Notes: a model not told the origin generated them from the sequence alone. DNA of 59,291 nucleotides from an uncultured Anaerolineaceae bacterium (GCA_964413895.1 CAYPUV010000001.1:1-59291); one strand, 5' to 3'; shown: positions 39,191-48,421, counted from the stretch's first letter. Numbers and translations: made by a program.

Positions 39191-42100
39191 ATGAAAGTGC
39201 ACAACAATTTGAAAGAGTTGGTATCGCCCAAAAGCTGGTTTGATACAAGACACAGTTTGCGAAAAACCTTGTTTTGGTCTTTTGTGCTGGTAATTTTCCT
39301 CCCTATGTTTCTGGTGGGGAGTGTCGTTGCCTACACCAGTATCACCGCCAGCACCGAAAGCAGCGAAGATAAACTGGTGTCGATTGCTATTTTGAAAGAG
39401 GCTGCTATTAACCGCTGGCTTGATGGCGTGGTAGGCCGTCTCACTGAAGCCAGTACCATAGACATTGCTGCACGCACGCTGTATGAGTTTGAACGTCGCC
39501 CCGCCTTTGAAGAGCACTTGGTCTCTCGTTTCCGGCTCGATATGCTTGCCATCCGGGGCAACTCAGATGATTTTGAAAAGCTAACCTTGCTGGATTTAAC
39601 CGGAACAGTTAAAGCCTCTACCGATGTCGAAGAAGTTGGTGAAGATTATAGCAACCGAAACTTTTTCATCCTGGGCCAGAAATCTCTCTACATCACCCCC
39701 CTGTCTGTGGACAAAGGAACCAATTTTCCCACCCTGTACGTTGCTATTCCGGTTACCGCTGCCAAAAAAAATGTGGTGGGGGTATTGGTTGGCAAAGTAA
39801 AACTAAGTACTTTAAGCGAAATATTACAAGAAGCGAATGAATTGGGGCCTGAAAGCGAAACTTATTTGGCAACCCAGGCGCGTTCGGTGTTAGCCCCTGA
39901 CCTTACCCCTCGCCCAAAAACCTCGTTCTCTGCCGGTATTGAACAAGGGTTTATGGAACAGGAAAAGCTGAAATTCTACCATAACTATGCAGATGTGCCG
40001 GTGGTGGGGGCACAACGCTTCATTGGCCGTTTGGGGGCCGTATTGTTGGTAGAGCAGTCACAAAGAGCCGCGTTTGCTTCCATCACGCGCACGGTAAAAT
40101 TGTTGTTTGTGCTTTCTCTTATCATTGTTGCTGGAGCAATGTTCCTGGGATTCATGCTTTCAAACCATATTGTAAATCCTATTCGTAGTTTAACCGAGGT
40201 GGCTACAGAAATTGCCGCGGGACATCTGACCCAGACCATCACCTTGAAACGCCAGGATGAAGTTGGCATTCTAGCCGTCGCCTTCAATAATATGACCCGC
40301 CAACTTCGTGAGCTAATCAACACGCTAGAAACGAGAGTGAAACAACGCACCCAGGCATTGGCGCATCGCGGTGCGCAATTACGTACTGCTATCGCTGTGT
40401 CTCAGGCTGCCAACACCCTCTTAGACCCCCAAACATTGGTTCAGCAAGCGGTTGACCTGGTGAAGGACCAGTTTGAGTTTTATTACGTGGGACTGTTTTT
40501 GGTGGATGAACGCAATCAATGGGCGGTGTTAAAGGCCGGCACAGGGGAGGCTGGGCAAAAGCAACTTGCCGATAAACATCGCTTAAAAATTGATGACGCT
40601 TCGATGGTGGGATGGTGTATTAACCATCGCCAACCACGCATTTCCGCTGATGTTGAATATGAAAAGGTTCGTTTTGTTAACCCCTATTTGCCCGAAACAC
40701 GCTCTGAAATGGCGCTCCCCCTCATTAGCCGTAACCTGATTTTAGGGGCCATCAGCATTCAAAGCACGCTTCCCGAAGCCTTCTCAAAAGAAGATATTGA
40801 TGTACTGCAAACTGTGGCCGATCAAATTGCAAACGCCCTGCACAATAGCCAACTCTTCCGCCAAATTCAAATAATTCAGGCACGCTTCCAGGAACTGTAT
40901 CATCGCGCGCCGACTGGGTATTTTACGCTGGCGCTTGATGGGAAAATTAAGGAAATTAATGATACTGAACTGGCGATGTTGGGGTACAAGGGGCAGCGGG
41001 AGCAGATTGTCAATCAACGCAACATTACTGAATTTATGACCGCCGGGAGTAAAGAAAAATTTGAAGAACTCCTTGTTCAGTTGCGTATTGGGGAATTGGA
41101 CCGTGTAGAAAACCTGGAGCTTACTATTCTCCGCCAGGAAACACGCATTCCGGTACTTGTAACCGCAACCATTGAGCCGGAAAAAACAGATCGCCCCAGA
41201 GAAATTTACGCCACGGCACAAGACATTAGCCAGCAGAAGACAATTGAGGCCGCCCGCGAGGCGCTGTTGCGAGAAACCAGCATCTTGCACACCCTGGGCC
41301 AACATTTGTTGGTTGCTGATAGCTTTGAAGAAATTTATCAAGCCGGGCTTGACGCCATAAAAACAACCGCGCCCACCTGGGGGAGCGCAGTATTGCTGAG
41401 TGACCAGGCACGGCCAACGCCAAAAATTGAACTAACCGCCGTTTGGAATAATCCCAACCTTCAGGCAACCCCGTTGCCCATTGGCACAACCTTCTCTGTT
41501 GTAGAACTAGGGTTGCAAAATATTTTGAGTGTGGGACAAACGCTTATTTCCCAAAATGCCCCCGTCGATACAATATTTAGTGAACCGATGAGGCAATTGC
41601 TGGCCAATTTACAGATTGTAAGCCTTGTTGGCGTGCCGCTTTGGAGCGGCAGCACCGTTATTGGGTTTGTCTTGGTGGCGCATCAAACAGACACCCCGTT
41701 TGCGGCGGAAGAGATCCGCTTGTTTGAAGGCATAACGCGGCAGATGTCTATGAGCATCAACAACCACATTCACCTGCAACAAGCCATTCAACGCGCCACA
41801 CAATTACAGGCCGCTGCTGAAGTTGCCAAAAACACCACTGCCGAAACCAGCCTGGAAACACTGTTGCCGCATGTGGCCAACCTCATCCAGGAACGCTTTG
41901 ATTATTACGCCACTTCCATTTTTCTGGTAGATGACTATCGCCAGTATGCCGTATTAGAAGCGGTTGCCGGGCAACCTGAACCGGACCCGGGGAGTGACAC
42001 TTACAAGTATAAAATACCGCTCAACAGCAAAAGCCAGGTGTGTACAGCTATTGCCCAGGCCAGCATTCAAAACGTGCCCGATGTAACCCAAAGTTCCGTG

Positions 42101-44734
42101 TTTTTGGATCACGCATTATTGCCAGAGGCACGCTCTGAAATAACCTTGCCCCTCATTGTCCGTGGACAGGTGATTGGCGCGCTGGACGTGCAGAGTAAAA
42201 AGCGAGACGACTTTCAATATGGGGAAGAAATGGTGTTGCAAACCATCGCTGACCAGTTGGCAAATGCTATTCACGTCGCGCGCCTGCTGGAAAAAGAACG
42301 GGCGGCCACTCGTGAAATTCAAGACTTGCACCAGCGTTACCTTGAAAAATCGTGGGACGTCTATTTGCAGGCGCAAGAGGATCCGGCCAAAACCACTTTT
42401 GTACTCACCCCGCCAGATGGAAAAGATGAAGATGTTTCTCCCGCGTGGCTGCCCGCTGTGCCCGACGCCCCGATGTCAGCTTCTTACGCACTGAAACCCA
42501 ACGCGGGGAACGGGGCAGGCGATGATGCGTCGGCACATTCTTTGCTGGTAAGCCCTCTTACGCTCAGAGACACCCCTATCGGCGCGGTGGGGTTGGTCGA
42601 CAGCGCCGGCCGCACGTGGTCTGAAGATGACCGGGCAATCATTGAAGCCGTAAGCGCTCAAGCCGCCCTGGCTATAGACAACGCGCGCCTTATTGAGCAA
42701 ACTGAGCGCTGGGCTGCCTTGCTGAAAACCAGCACTGAAATCAGCCAAACAGTCACGGCCACCCTGGATATGGACGCGCTACTTTCCCAAAGTGTATCGC
42801 TAATTCAGGCGCAGTTCAAGTTCAAAGCCGTAAATCTATATTTAACCGACCCCGCCACATCTAATTGGGAAGCAACCGTTTACCGCAGCCGAAAACTCAC
42901 CACGTCCCGTGCCATCACACCCACACGACTCACCCTCCGTTTTGACAACCTTCCCTGGCAGGCCATTCACCAGCGGCAGCCTGTATTGGCACAAGCCAGC
43001 AATCCAGAGTCGCTGGCGTTTTTGCCCCCCGACGCTTCCGATGTAAAATCGGCGCTGGTAATCCCGCTGCTGGTGGGGCAGCAAGTAATCGGCGCGCTAG
43101 AGCTACACAGTCGGCAAAGCAACGCCTTTGACCAAAACCAGCAGGCCGTGCTTGAAATCCTGGCCGCTCAGGTGGCTACGTCTATTCGGAATGCCACCGC
43201 ATATCAGGAACAGCATAATATTGCCGAGAAACTTCGTGAGGTTGACAAACTCAAAACACAATTTCTGGCTAATATGTCTCACGAATTGCGTACCCCGTTG
43301 AATTCAATCATCGGCTTTTCCAGGGTTATTTTGAAGGGCATTGATGGTCCTCTCACCGAACTACAAAAAACAGACCTGGCTTCAATTCATCAAAGTGGCA
43401 AACATCTGCTAGACCTGATTAACAATATTCTAGATTTGGCAAAAATTGAAGCCGGGAAAATGGAAATTAACTTTGCCCCCATCAACTTTAATGATATGAT
43501 TAACGTAATTATTTCCACCGCCGTGGGATTGGTCAAAGACAAGGAGGTGGAAATAATCAGCGATGTTGCAGAGCATCTGCCCACCATTCAGGGGGACGAA
43601 ACGCGGCTACGGCAAGTATTGCTCAACCTGGTTTCAAACGCCGCCAAATTTACCGACACAGGAACCATCACCATCATTGCCGGGTACGATGCGCACCAGG
43701 TATGGATTAGTGTTAAAGATACAGGTATTGGCATTGCCCAAGAAAACCTGGATCGTATTTTCGATGAATTTACCCAGATTGATGCTTCTACCACGCGAAA
43801 AGCGGGCGGCACAGGGTTGGGATTGCCCATTACCCGCAAATTCATTGAACTTCACCACGGTCGCATCGACGTTGAAAGTGAGCTGGGTGCGGGGTCTACA
43901 TTCACCGTAACGCTTCCCCTGCTGACCGATGCTGATGACCACCCGCGTGAACACCCATCACCCCCTGCCGCCGAGGCAAAGCAGCAGGCCAGAGGAGCGA
44001 TTTTGGTGATTGATGGAGACACCAGAATTGCCGCCTACTATGAACAATATTTGCAAGGGAAAGCAATAGATGTTGTGAGCTTGACAAAGGGGGAACAAGC
44101 CGTTGTCACTGCTAAAAACTTGCAGCCCGCCGCCATCTTATTAGACATTTTGTTACCGGATATTGATGGCTGGCAGGTGTTGCGAGAGCTAAAAGAAAGT
44201 CCCCACGCAGCCCACATTCCGGTGATTATTTGCAGTATTGTTGAAGACCGCTTCCGGGCAACACAGCTTGGGGCAACCGACTATTTGGTGAAACCCATTA
44301 TTAAAAACGATTTACTTGAGGCGCTGGAAAAAATAGAGCGCGATAAAAATAATCTAAAACGTGTGTTAGTAATTGATGACCACGCCGACGACATCTTGCT
44401 CATTCGCCGCGTATTAGAATCGCGGGCGTGCCAGGTTGTGGAAGCCACAAACGGCGTGGAAGGATTGGAGAGTATTTATAATAATCACCCCGCTCTGGTA
44501 ATTTTAGATTTAACTATGCCAGAATTAGACGGATTCGGCGTGCTGCAAACGCTAAAAAGCGACCCCAAAACAGCCGATATTCCGGTGATTGTCATTACCG
44601 CCAGAGAATTAAACCCCACTGAAAAGGACACCATCACCCAGCAGGCTGCTGCGCTGCTAAGTAAAGGCCGATTCTCCGGCACGGAACTGCTACAACTTGT
44701 TGATCGCCTGTTGAATGGTGTAATAATAGCTTAA
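39191..44734 (+). CDS. giant membrane hybrid sensor histidine kinase (TM-extracytoplasmic domain-TM, HAMP, GAF x4 or more, PAS, HisKA, HATPase_c, REC x2)
   Basis: HAMP segment IVNPIRSLTEVATEIAAGHL...VAFNNMTRQL, H-box MSHELRTPLNSIIGF, N-box LNLVSNAAKFT, DTGIGI and GTGLGLPIT. Two C-terminal REC domains (ILVIDGD...ILLDILLPDIDG and VLVIDDHADD...VILDLTMPELDG). The start was chosen at ATG 39191 (MKVHNN), 10 nt after the upstream stop; the ORF is open from 39134. Confidence 0.85.
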   Translation: MKVHNNLKELVSPKSWFDTRHSLRKTLFWSFVLVIFLPMFLVGSVVAYTSITASTESSEDKLVSIAILKEAAINRWLDGVVGRLTEASTIDIAARTLYEFERRPAFEEHLVSRFRLDMLAIRGNSDDFEKLTLLDLTGTVKASTDVEEVGEDYSNRNFFILGQKSLYITPLSVDKGTNFPTLYVAIPVTAAKKNVVGVLVGKVKLSTLSEILQEANELGPESETYLATQARSVLAPDLTPRPKTSFSAGIEQGFMEQEKLKFYHNYADVPVVGAQRFIGRLGAVLLVEQSQRAAFASITRTVKLLFVLSLIIVAGAMFLGFMLSNHIVNPIRSLTEVATEIAAGHLTQTITLKRQDEVGILAVAFNNMTRQLRELINTLETRVKQRTQALAHRGAQLRTAIAVSQAANTLLDPQTLVQQAVDLVKDQFEFYYVGLFLVDERNQWAVLKAGTGEAGQKQLADKHRLKIDDASMVGWCINHRQPRISADVEYEKVRFVNPYLPETRSEMALPLISRNLILGAISIQSTLPEAFSKEDIDVLQTVADQIANALHNSQLFRQIQIIQARFQELYHRAPTGYFTLALDGKIKEINDTELAMLGYKGQREQIVNQRNITEFMTAGSKEKFEELLVQLRIGELDRVENLELTILRQETRIPVLVTATIEPEKTDRPREIYATAQDISQQKTIEAAREALLRETSILHTLGQHLLVADSFEEIYQAGLDAIKTTAPTWGSAVLLSDQARPTPKIELTAVWNNPNLQATPLPIGTTFSVVELGLQNILSVGQTLISQNAPVDTIFSEPMRQLLANLQIVSLVGVPLWSGSTVIGFVLVAHQTDTPFAAEEIRLFEGITRQMSMSINNHIHLQQAIQRATQLQAAAEVAKNTTAETSLETLLPHVANLIQERFDYYATSIFLVDDYRQYAVLEAVAGQPEPDPGSDTYKYKIPLNSKSQVCTAIAQASIQNVPDVTQSSVFLDHALLPEARSEITLPLIVRGQVIGALDVQSKKRDDFQYGEEMVLQTIADQLANAIHVARLLEKERAATREIQDLHQRYLEKSWDVYLQAQEDPAKTTFVLTPPDGKDEDVSPAWLPAVPDAPMSASYALKPNAGNGAGDDASAHSLLVSPLTLRDTPIGAVGLVDSAGRTWSEDDRAIIEAVSAQAALAIDNARLIEQTERWAALLKTSTEISQTVTATLDMDALLSQSVSLIQAQFKFKAVNLYLTDPATSNWEATVYRSRKLTTSRAITPTRLTLRFDNLPWQAIHQRQPVLAQASNPESLAFLPPDASDVKSALVIPLLVGQQVIGALELHSRQSNAFDQNQQAVLEILAAQVATSIRNATAYQEQHNIAEKLREVDKLKTQFLANMSHELRTPLNSIIGFSRVILKGIDGPLTELQKTDLASIHQSGKHLLDLINNILDLAKIEAGKMEINFAPINFNDMINVIISTAVGLVKDKEVEIISDVAEHLPTIQGDETRLRQVLLNLVSNAAKFTDTGTITIIAGYDAHQVWISVKDTGIGIAQENLDRIFDEFTQIDASTTRKAGGTGLGLPITRKFIELHHGRIDVESELGAGSTFTVTLPLLTDADDHPREHPSPPAAEAKQQARGAILVIDGDTRIAAYYEQYLQGKAIDVVSLTKGEQAVVTAKNLQPAAILLDILLPDIDGWQVLRELKESPHAAHIPVIICSIVEDRFRATQLGATDYLVKPIIKNDLLEALEKIERDKNNLKRVLVIDDHADDILLIRRVLESRACQVVEATNGVEGLESIYNNHPALVILDLTMPELDGFGVLQTLKSDPKTADIPVIVITARELNPTEKDTITQQAAALLSKGRFSGTELLQLVDRLLNGVIIA

Positions 44735-44860
44735 TCACGGTGAGCTTCAGCATTCATCCGCCAGCGATTGACAACTTCAAAATGCACCAATTTCTAATCT
44801 CCAAGTTCCAAAACTGTGAGCAATCTATTTCTTCATAAACACTCAATTTAACAACCTCCT

Positions 44861-46522
44861 ATGACAAAAAAAATCACCCTAAAATGTACGCACTGTCAAC
44901 ATCAAACACCCTATCATCCGGGGTTGGCCCACTGTCCCCATTGCGGCGGAGACTGGTTGGACCCCATTTATAATTTAGAAAAAGTAAAAGCCCTGTGGGC
45001 GCAAGAACTGTCTGCGCGCCCCCAAACAATGTGGCGCTATTGGGAATTGCTCCCTCTACTGAACAAGGACAACATCGTTTCAATGGGCGAAGGGTTTACC
45101 CCCCTCTTGCCACTCCCCAACCTGGGGCTTATGTTGGGTCACCCTCATCTTTATATGAAAGACGAGCGTCAGGGGCCAACCGGCTCTTTCAAAGACCGGC
45201 AGGCAGCGCTGGCAATTTCTGTATTTAAAGAGAGCGGCATCAGCGAGGCAGTGGTGGCCTCAACCGGCAACGTGGGCATTTCCTATTCTGCATATTCAGC
45301 CAGAGCGGGCATAAAATTATGGACATTCCTCAACAGCACCGTTCCCCAGGACAAGATGAGAGAGATCACCCTCTATGGCACAGAGGTGGTGAAAGTAACG
45401 GCCACGTATGACAAAACCAAAGTTGTGGCGGCTCAGTTTGCTCAACAAAAGGGGTTCTTTTTGGACAAAGGGTTAAAAAACCTGGCGGCCAAAGAAAGTA
45501 TGAAAACCGTAGCCTTTGAAATTGCAGAACAACTGGGTAACTTGCTTGAACCGGATGGCAAGGGGCGCTTTATTGCCCCTGATTGGTATGCCCAGGCTGT
45601 TAGTGGCGGTTTGGGGCCGGTGGGCGTGTGGAAAGGCTTTTTGGAACTCAAGGAAATGGGATTGATTGACAAGTTACCCAAACTTGCTCTTATTCAAGCG
45701 ACAGGCTGCGCGCCGATGGTCAATAGCTTTGCAGCCGGTCTTGCCGAAGCAGAGCCGGTTGAGAACCCCCAAACCCTCATTGCCACCGTTGCCACCGGTT
45801 CGCCGGGCGCGGCCTACCCCTACCTCCGAAATGTTGTTTTAACCCATGGTGGGCATTTTGAAGCCGTCCCCGATGGCGAAACCTTTAAGGCGATGCACGT
45901 GCTGGCCCAAATGGAAGGCATCTCAATGGAACCTGCCGCCGCGATGACCTTCGCCGGAGTCTTCAAAATGATTGGCCGGCGTCTTATTCGCCCCGATGAA
46001 ACTGTGGTGATTAATTGTTCAGGACACACCTTCCCCGTGGAGAAACATCTGCTGGACGAAAAACGGGTGCGGGCTGTATCCCCCGATGCCGTATCTCCAC
46101 CCGATACCGGCGAGGGGGTGCTGACCGCGCTAGACCACCTTGACGACCGGGTGCAGCGCATCGCTATTATTGAAGACGACCCCAACGCGGCTCGCCTGTT
46201 GCGGCGAATTTTGCAAGCCAAAGGCAACTATCACATTAGCGAAGCGGCAGACGGCCAGGCCGGACTGGACATAATCAAACAAGAGCATCCCGATTTGATA
46301 TTGCTGGACCTGATGCTGCCCATCATAGACGGCTTTGCCTTGCTAGACCAAATGAAAGTAGACCCGGACCTCAAGCATATTCCCGTGATTGTTGTCACGG
46401 CCAAATCGCTGACCTCATACGATAGAAAACGTTTGTCTGGACGGGTGCGGGCTTTGTTACGCAAAGGCACGTTTATGGAAGATGACTTGCTGGAAGATAT
46501 TCTGGAGGCACTTGAAGCTTGA
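44861..46522 (+). CDS. threonine-synthase-like fold-type II PLP enzyme fused to a C-terminal receiver (REC) domain
   Basis: 553 aa. N-terminal Cys4 ribbon (CTHC...CPHCGG), PLP-lysine motif GSFKDRQ (K111) and ASTGNVG. The C-terminal ~120 aa contain IAIIEDDPN, DLILLDLMLPIIDG (D483), VIVVTAK and LLRKG. Confidence 0.8.
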   Translation: MTKKITLKCTHCQHQTPYHPGLAHCPHCGGDWLDPIYNLEKVKALWAQELSARPQTMWRYWELLPLLNKDNIVSMGEGFTPLLPLPNLGLMLGHPHLYMKDERQGPTGSFKDRQAALAISVFKESGISEAVVASTGNVGISYSAYSARAGIKLWTFLNSTVPQDKMREITLYGTEVVKVTATYDKTKVVAAQFAQQKGFFLDKGLKNLAAKESMKTVAFEIAEQLGNLLEPDGKGRFIAPDWYAQAVSGGLGPVGVWKGFLELKEMGLIDKLPKLALIQATGCAPMVNSFAAGLAEAEPVENPQTLIATVATGSPGAAYPYLRNVVLTHGGHFEAVPDGETFKAMHVLAQMEGISMEPAAAMTFAGVFKMIGRRLIRPDETVVINCSGHTFPVEKHLLDEKRVRAVSPDAVSPPDTGEGVLTALDHLDDRVQRIAIIEDDPNAARLLRRILQAKGNYHISEAADGQAGLDIIKQEHPDLILLDLMLPIIDGFALLDQMKVDPDLKHIPVIVVTAKSLTSYDRKRLSGRVRALLRKGTFMEDDLLEDILEALEA

Positions 46523-46541
46523 TACCGGAGAATCCCGCGTT

Positions 46542-47186
46542 ATGACCATTCCCTACCACATTGTGCTGGCTTCTGGCTCACCCCGTCGTCAGGCGTTAAT
46601 GCATTTGCTTAACCTGCCGTTCAGCGTTCACACTGCTAACATTGATGAAACTCCATTGCCCGGCGAGCCTCCTGTAGACCTGGTGTGTCGATTGAGTCGG
46701 CAAAAAGCGCAGGCCGTCGCCTCCCATCACCCGCAAGCCTTAATCATCGCCGCCGATACAATTGTAGTGCTTGATGATCACATTTTGGGAAAACCGGCAA
46801 AACCGGCAGCAGCTCGCGCTATGCTCGTGCGGCTGCGAAATCGAGACCATTTTGTGCACAGTGCCATTACGTTTTTACGTCCCCAGACCGGCCAATACTA
46901 CACTGCACTCAGCAGCACTACTGTGACCATGCGAAATTACACTGATGCGGAAATTGACGCCTACATTGCCACCGGCGATTCAATGGACAAGGCCGGGGGG
47001 TACGCCATTCAGCACCACGGTTTTGCGCCGGTTGCCCGCGTAGACGGCTGTTACGCCGGCGTAATGGGGTTTCCATTGAAACATTTAGGAGCAGGACTGG
47101 CTCGGTTTGGTATTCGTATTGACCATCCAGCCGAAACGTGTACGCAATTTACCGGGCAGCCATGTTGTATAGATCAACAACCGTGA
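46542..47186 (+). CDS. maf: Maf-family nucleoside triphosphate pyrophosphatase
   Basis: IVLASGSPRRQALM, IIAADTIV, GKP and DKAGGYAIQ motifs. The ATG at 46542 is preferred over the ORF start at 46482, which overlaps the upstream gene. Confidence 0.85.
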   Translation: MTIPYHIVLASGSPRRQALMHLLNLPFSVHTANIDETPLPGEPPVDLVCRLSRQKAQAVASHHPQALIIAADTIVVLDDHILGKPAKPAAARAMLVRLRNRDHFVHSAITFLRPQTGQYYTALSSTTVTMRNYTDAEIDAYIATGDSMDKAGGYAIQHHGFAPVARVDGCYAGVMGFPLKHLGAGLARFGIRIDHPAETCTQFTGQPCCIDQQP

Positions 47187-47211
47187 AACCAAGATCGGGA
47201 CAAAAAAGTCT

Positions 47212-47240
47212 TTGACAACCCCTCTTGATGAATGTATAAT
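47212..47240 (+). promoter_or_regulatory. consensus sigma70 promoter driving the T-box leader
   Basis: TTGACA (47212-47217), an exact 17-nt spacer, then TATAAT (47235-47240). Confidence 0.7.
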
Positions 47241-47246
47241 CACCAC

Positions 47247-47477
47247 AGTTGCGTTGATGGAGCCACGTAAGAGGCAATGGGGTTCAGAGAGGCGCTGGGT
47301 GCTGCAAAGCGTCCCCCACCTGTTACAGTCCACTCCAGAGCACAATTGGCGATGAGTCAATCGGTGGCGCCCGTTATCGCGCACACGAGTCTTGCTCCCT
47401 TGTGACACCTCACAGAGCAAGAGAAGAAAGGTGGCACCGCGAAAATCCTTCGCCCTTTCCAGGGGGAGGATTTTTTG
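47247..47477 (+). promoter_or_regulatory. T-box riboswitch leader (putative Ser specifier UCC) with antiterminator/terminator switch
   Basis: Stem I has a K-turn-like UUGCGUUGAUGGAG / CUCCAGAGCA base, an AG bulge AGAGA (47286-47290) and a distal loop with GGUGCUG. Other elements are the F-box CCGTTA (47371-47376), Stem III TCTTGCTC...GAGCAAGA, and the T-box sequence AAAGGTGGCACCGCG (47427-47441). The antiterminator is GAAAGG[UGGCACC]GCGAA-AAUCC-UUCGCCCUUUC. A competing terminator stem ends in T6 (47471-47476). Confidence 0.8.
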
Positions 47478-47509
47478 TTTCAAAAAGAATGTAGAAAAGG
47501 AGAGCTGTT

Positions 47510-48421
47510 ATGTTTTATGAGTTAGACGGCATTTTTCCGGCGACCATCACCCCGTTTGCGGCTGACGGCTCACTGGATGTAAAGGCATTGCGCGCCAACA
47601 TTCGCCGCTGGAACCAGTACGGCTTGCGAGGATACCTGGTGTGTGGCTCCACCGGTGAAAGCGCCTTTCTTTCAGACGCAGAACGAACGCAAATCATCCA
47701 AATTACCAAAGAAACGATGTTAGACGGTATGACACTGCTTGCTGGCACCGGCAGGGAAAGTACCGCTCAAACCATCAAAACCTGTCAATCGGCGGCCAAC
47801 GCCGGTGCAGACGCAGCCCTGGTCATTACGCCCGGTTTTTATCGCTCATTGATGACAGCGCGCGCGCTGGAAAAACACTATCGTGCCATTGCAGACGCCA
47901 GTTCTATTCCCATTCTGCTATATAATATGCCAGCATTCACCGGTGTCAGCATCCCACTCGATTTGGTAATTTCATTATCTCAACACCCCAATGTCGTTGG
48001 CATAAAAGATAGTTCCGGCAATAGCCAATTTTTGGCCGCTGTTGTTCGCGGTACGCCAACCAATTTTGCTGTTTTTAGCGGCAACGTTCCCACGTTTGCA
48101 CAGGCGCTGGTGTCGAAGGCGTCCGGTGGAATACTGGCCATTGCCAACCTGGTTCCAGAAATCTGTGTGGCGTTGTACCGTGCGGGGCGGGCGCACAATT
48201 ATTCTGAAGTGCAGCGCTTGCACAACCTTTTGCAAACCATCAACGAGGTGGTCGGAGGAGCGTATGCCATTGGCGGATTGAAATACGCTATGGCTTTGCT
48301 GGGGTATGCTGCCGGTGTCCCCCGTCCTCCGTTATTGTCTCCCAGCCAGGAACAAATAGAAACCATAAAAACGGTTCTCCAAACGGCTGGACTACTCGAC
48401 CCGATGCCCCGTGTGGCTTAA
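47510..48421 (+). CDS. DHDPS/NAL-family class I pyruvate-dependent aldolase (DapA-like, probably not a true DapA)
   Basis: 303 aa. GSTGES, LLYNMPAFTG (Tyr conserved, Phe where E. coli DapA has Arg138), and the Schiff-base lysine in VGIKDSSG. RBS AAGGAG sits 8 nt upstream. Confidence 0.8.
   Translation: MFYELDGIFPATITPFAADGSLDVKALRANIRRWNQYGLRGYLVCGSTGESAFLSDAERTQIIQITKETMLDGMTLLAGTGRESTAQTIKTCQSAANAGADAALVITPGFYRSLMTARALEKHYRAIADASSIPILLYNMPAFTGVSIPLDLVISLSQHPNVVGIKDSSGNSQFLAAVVRGTPTNFAVFSGNVPTFAQALVSKASGGILAIANLVPEICVALYRAGRAHNYSEVQRLHNLLQTINEVVGGAYAIGGLKYAMALLGYAAGVPRPPLLSPSQEQIETIKTVLQTAGLLDPMPRVA

Noticed and set aside
47247-47477. Lysine (L-box) riboswitch, considered because the leader precedes a dapA-like gene and contains AGAGGCGC.
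   Set aside because: The region carries the full T-box element set: the T-box sequence GGTGGCACCGCG in a 7-nt antiterminator bulge, the F-box CCGTTA, the AG bulge, and a K-turn Stem I base. I could not find the L-box multi-helix junction.
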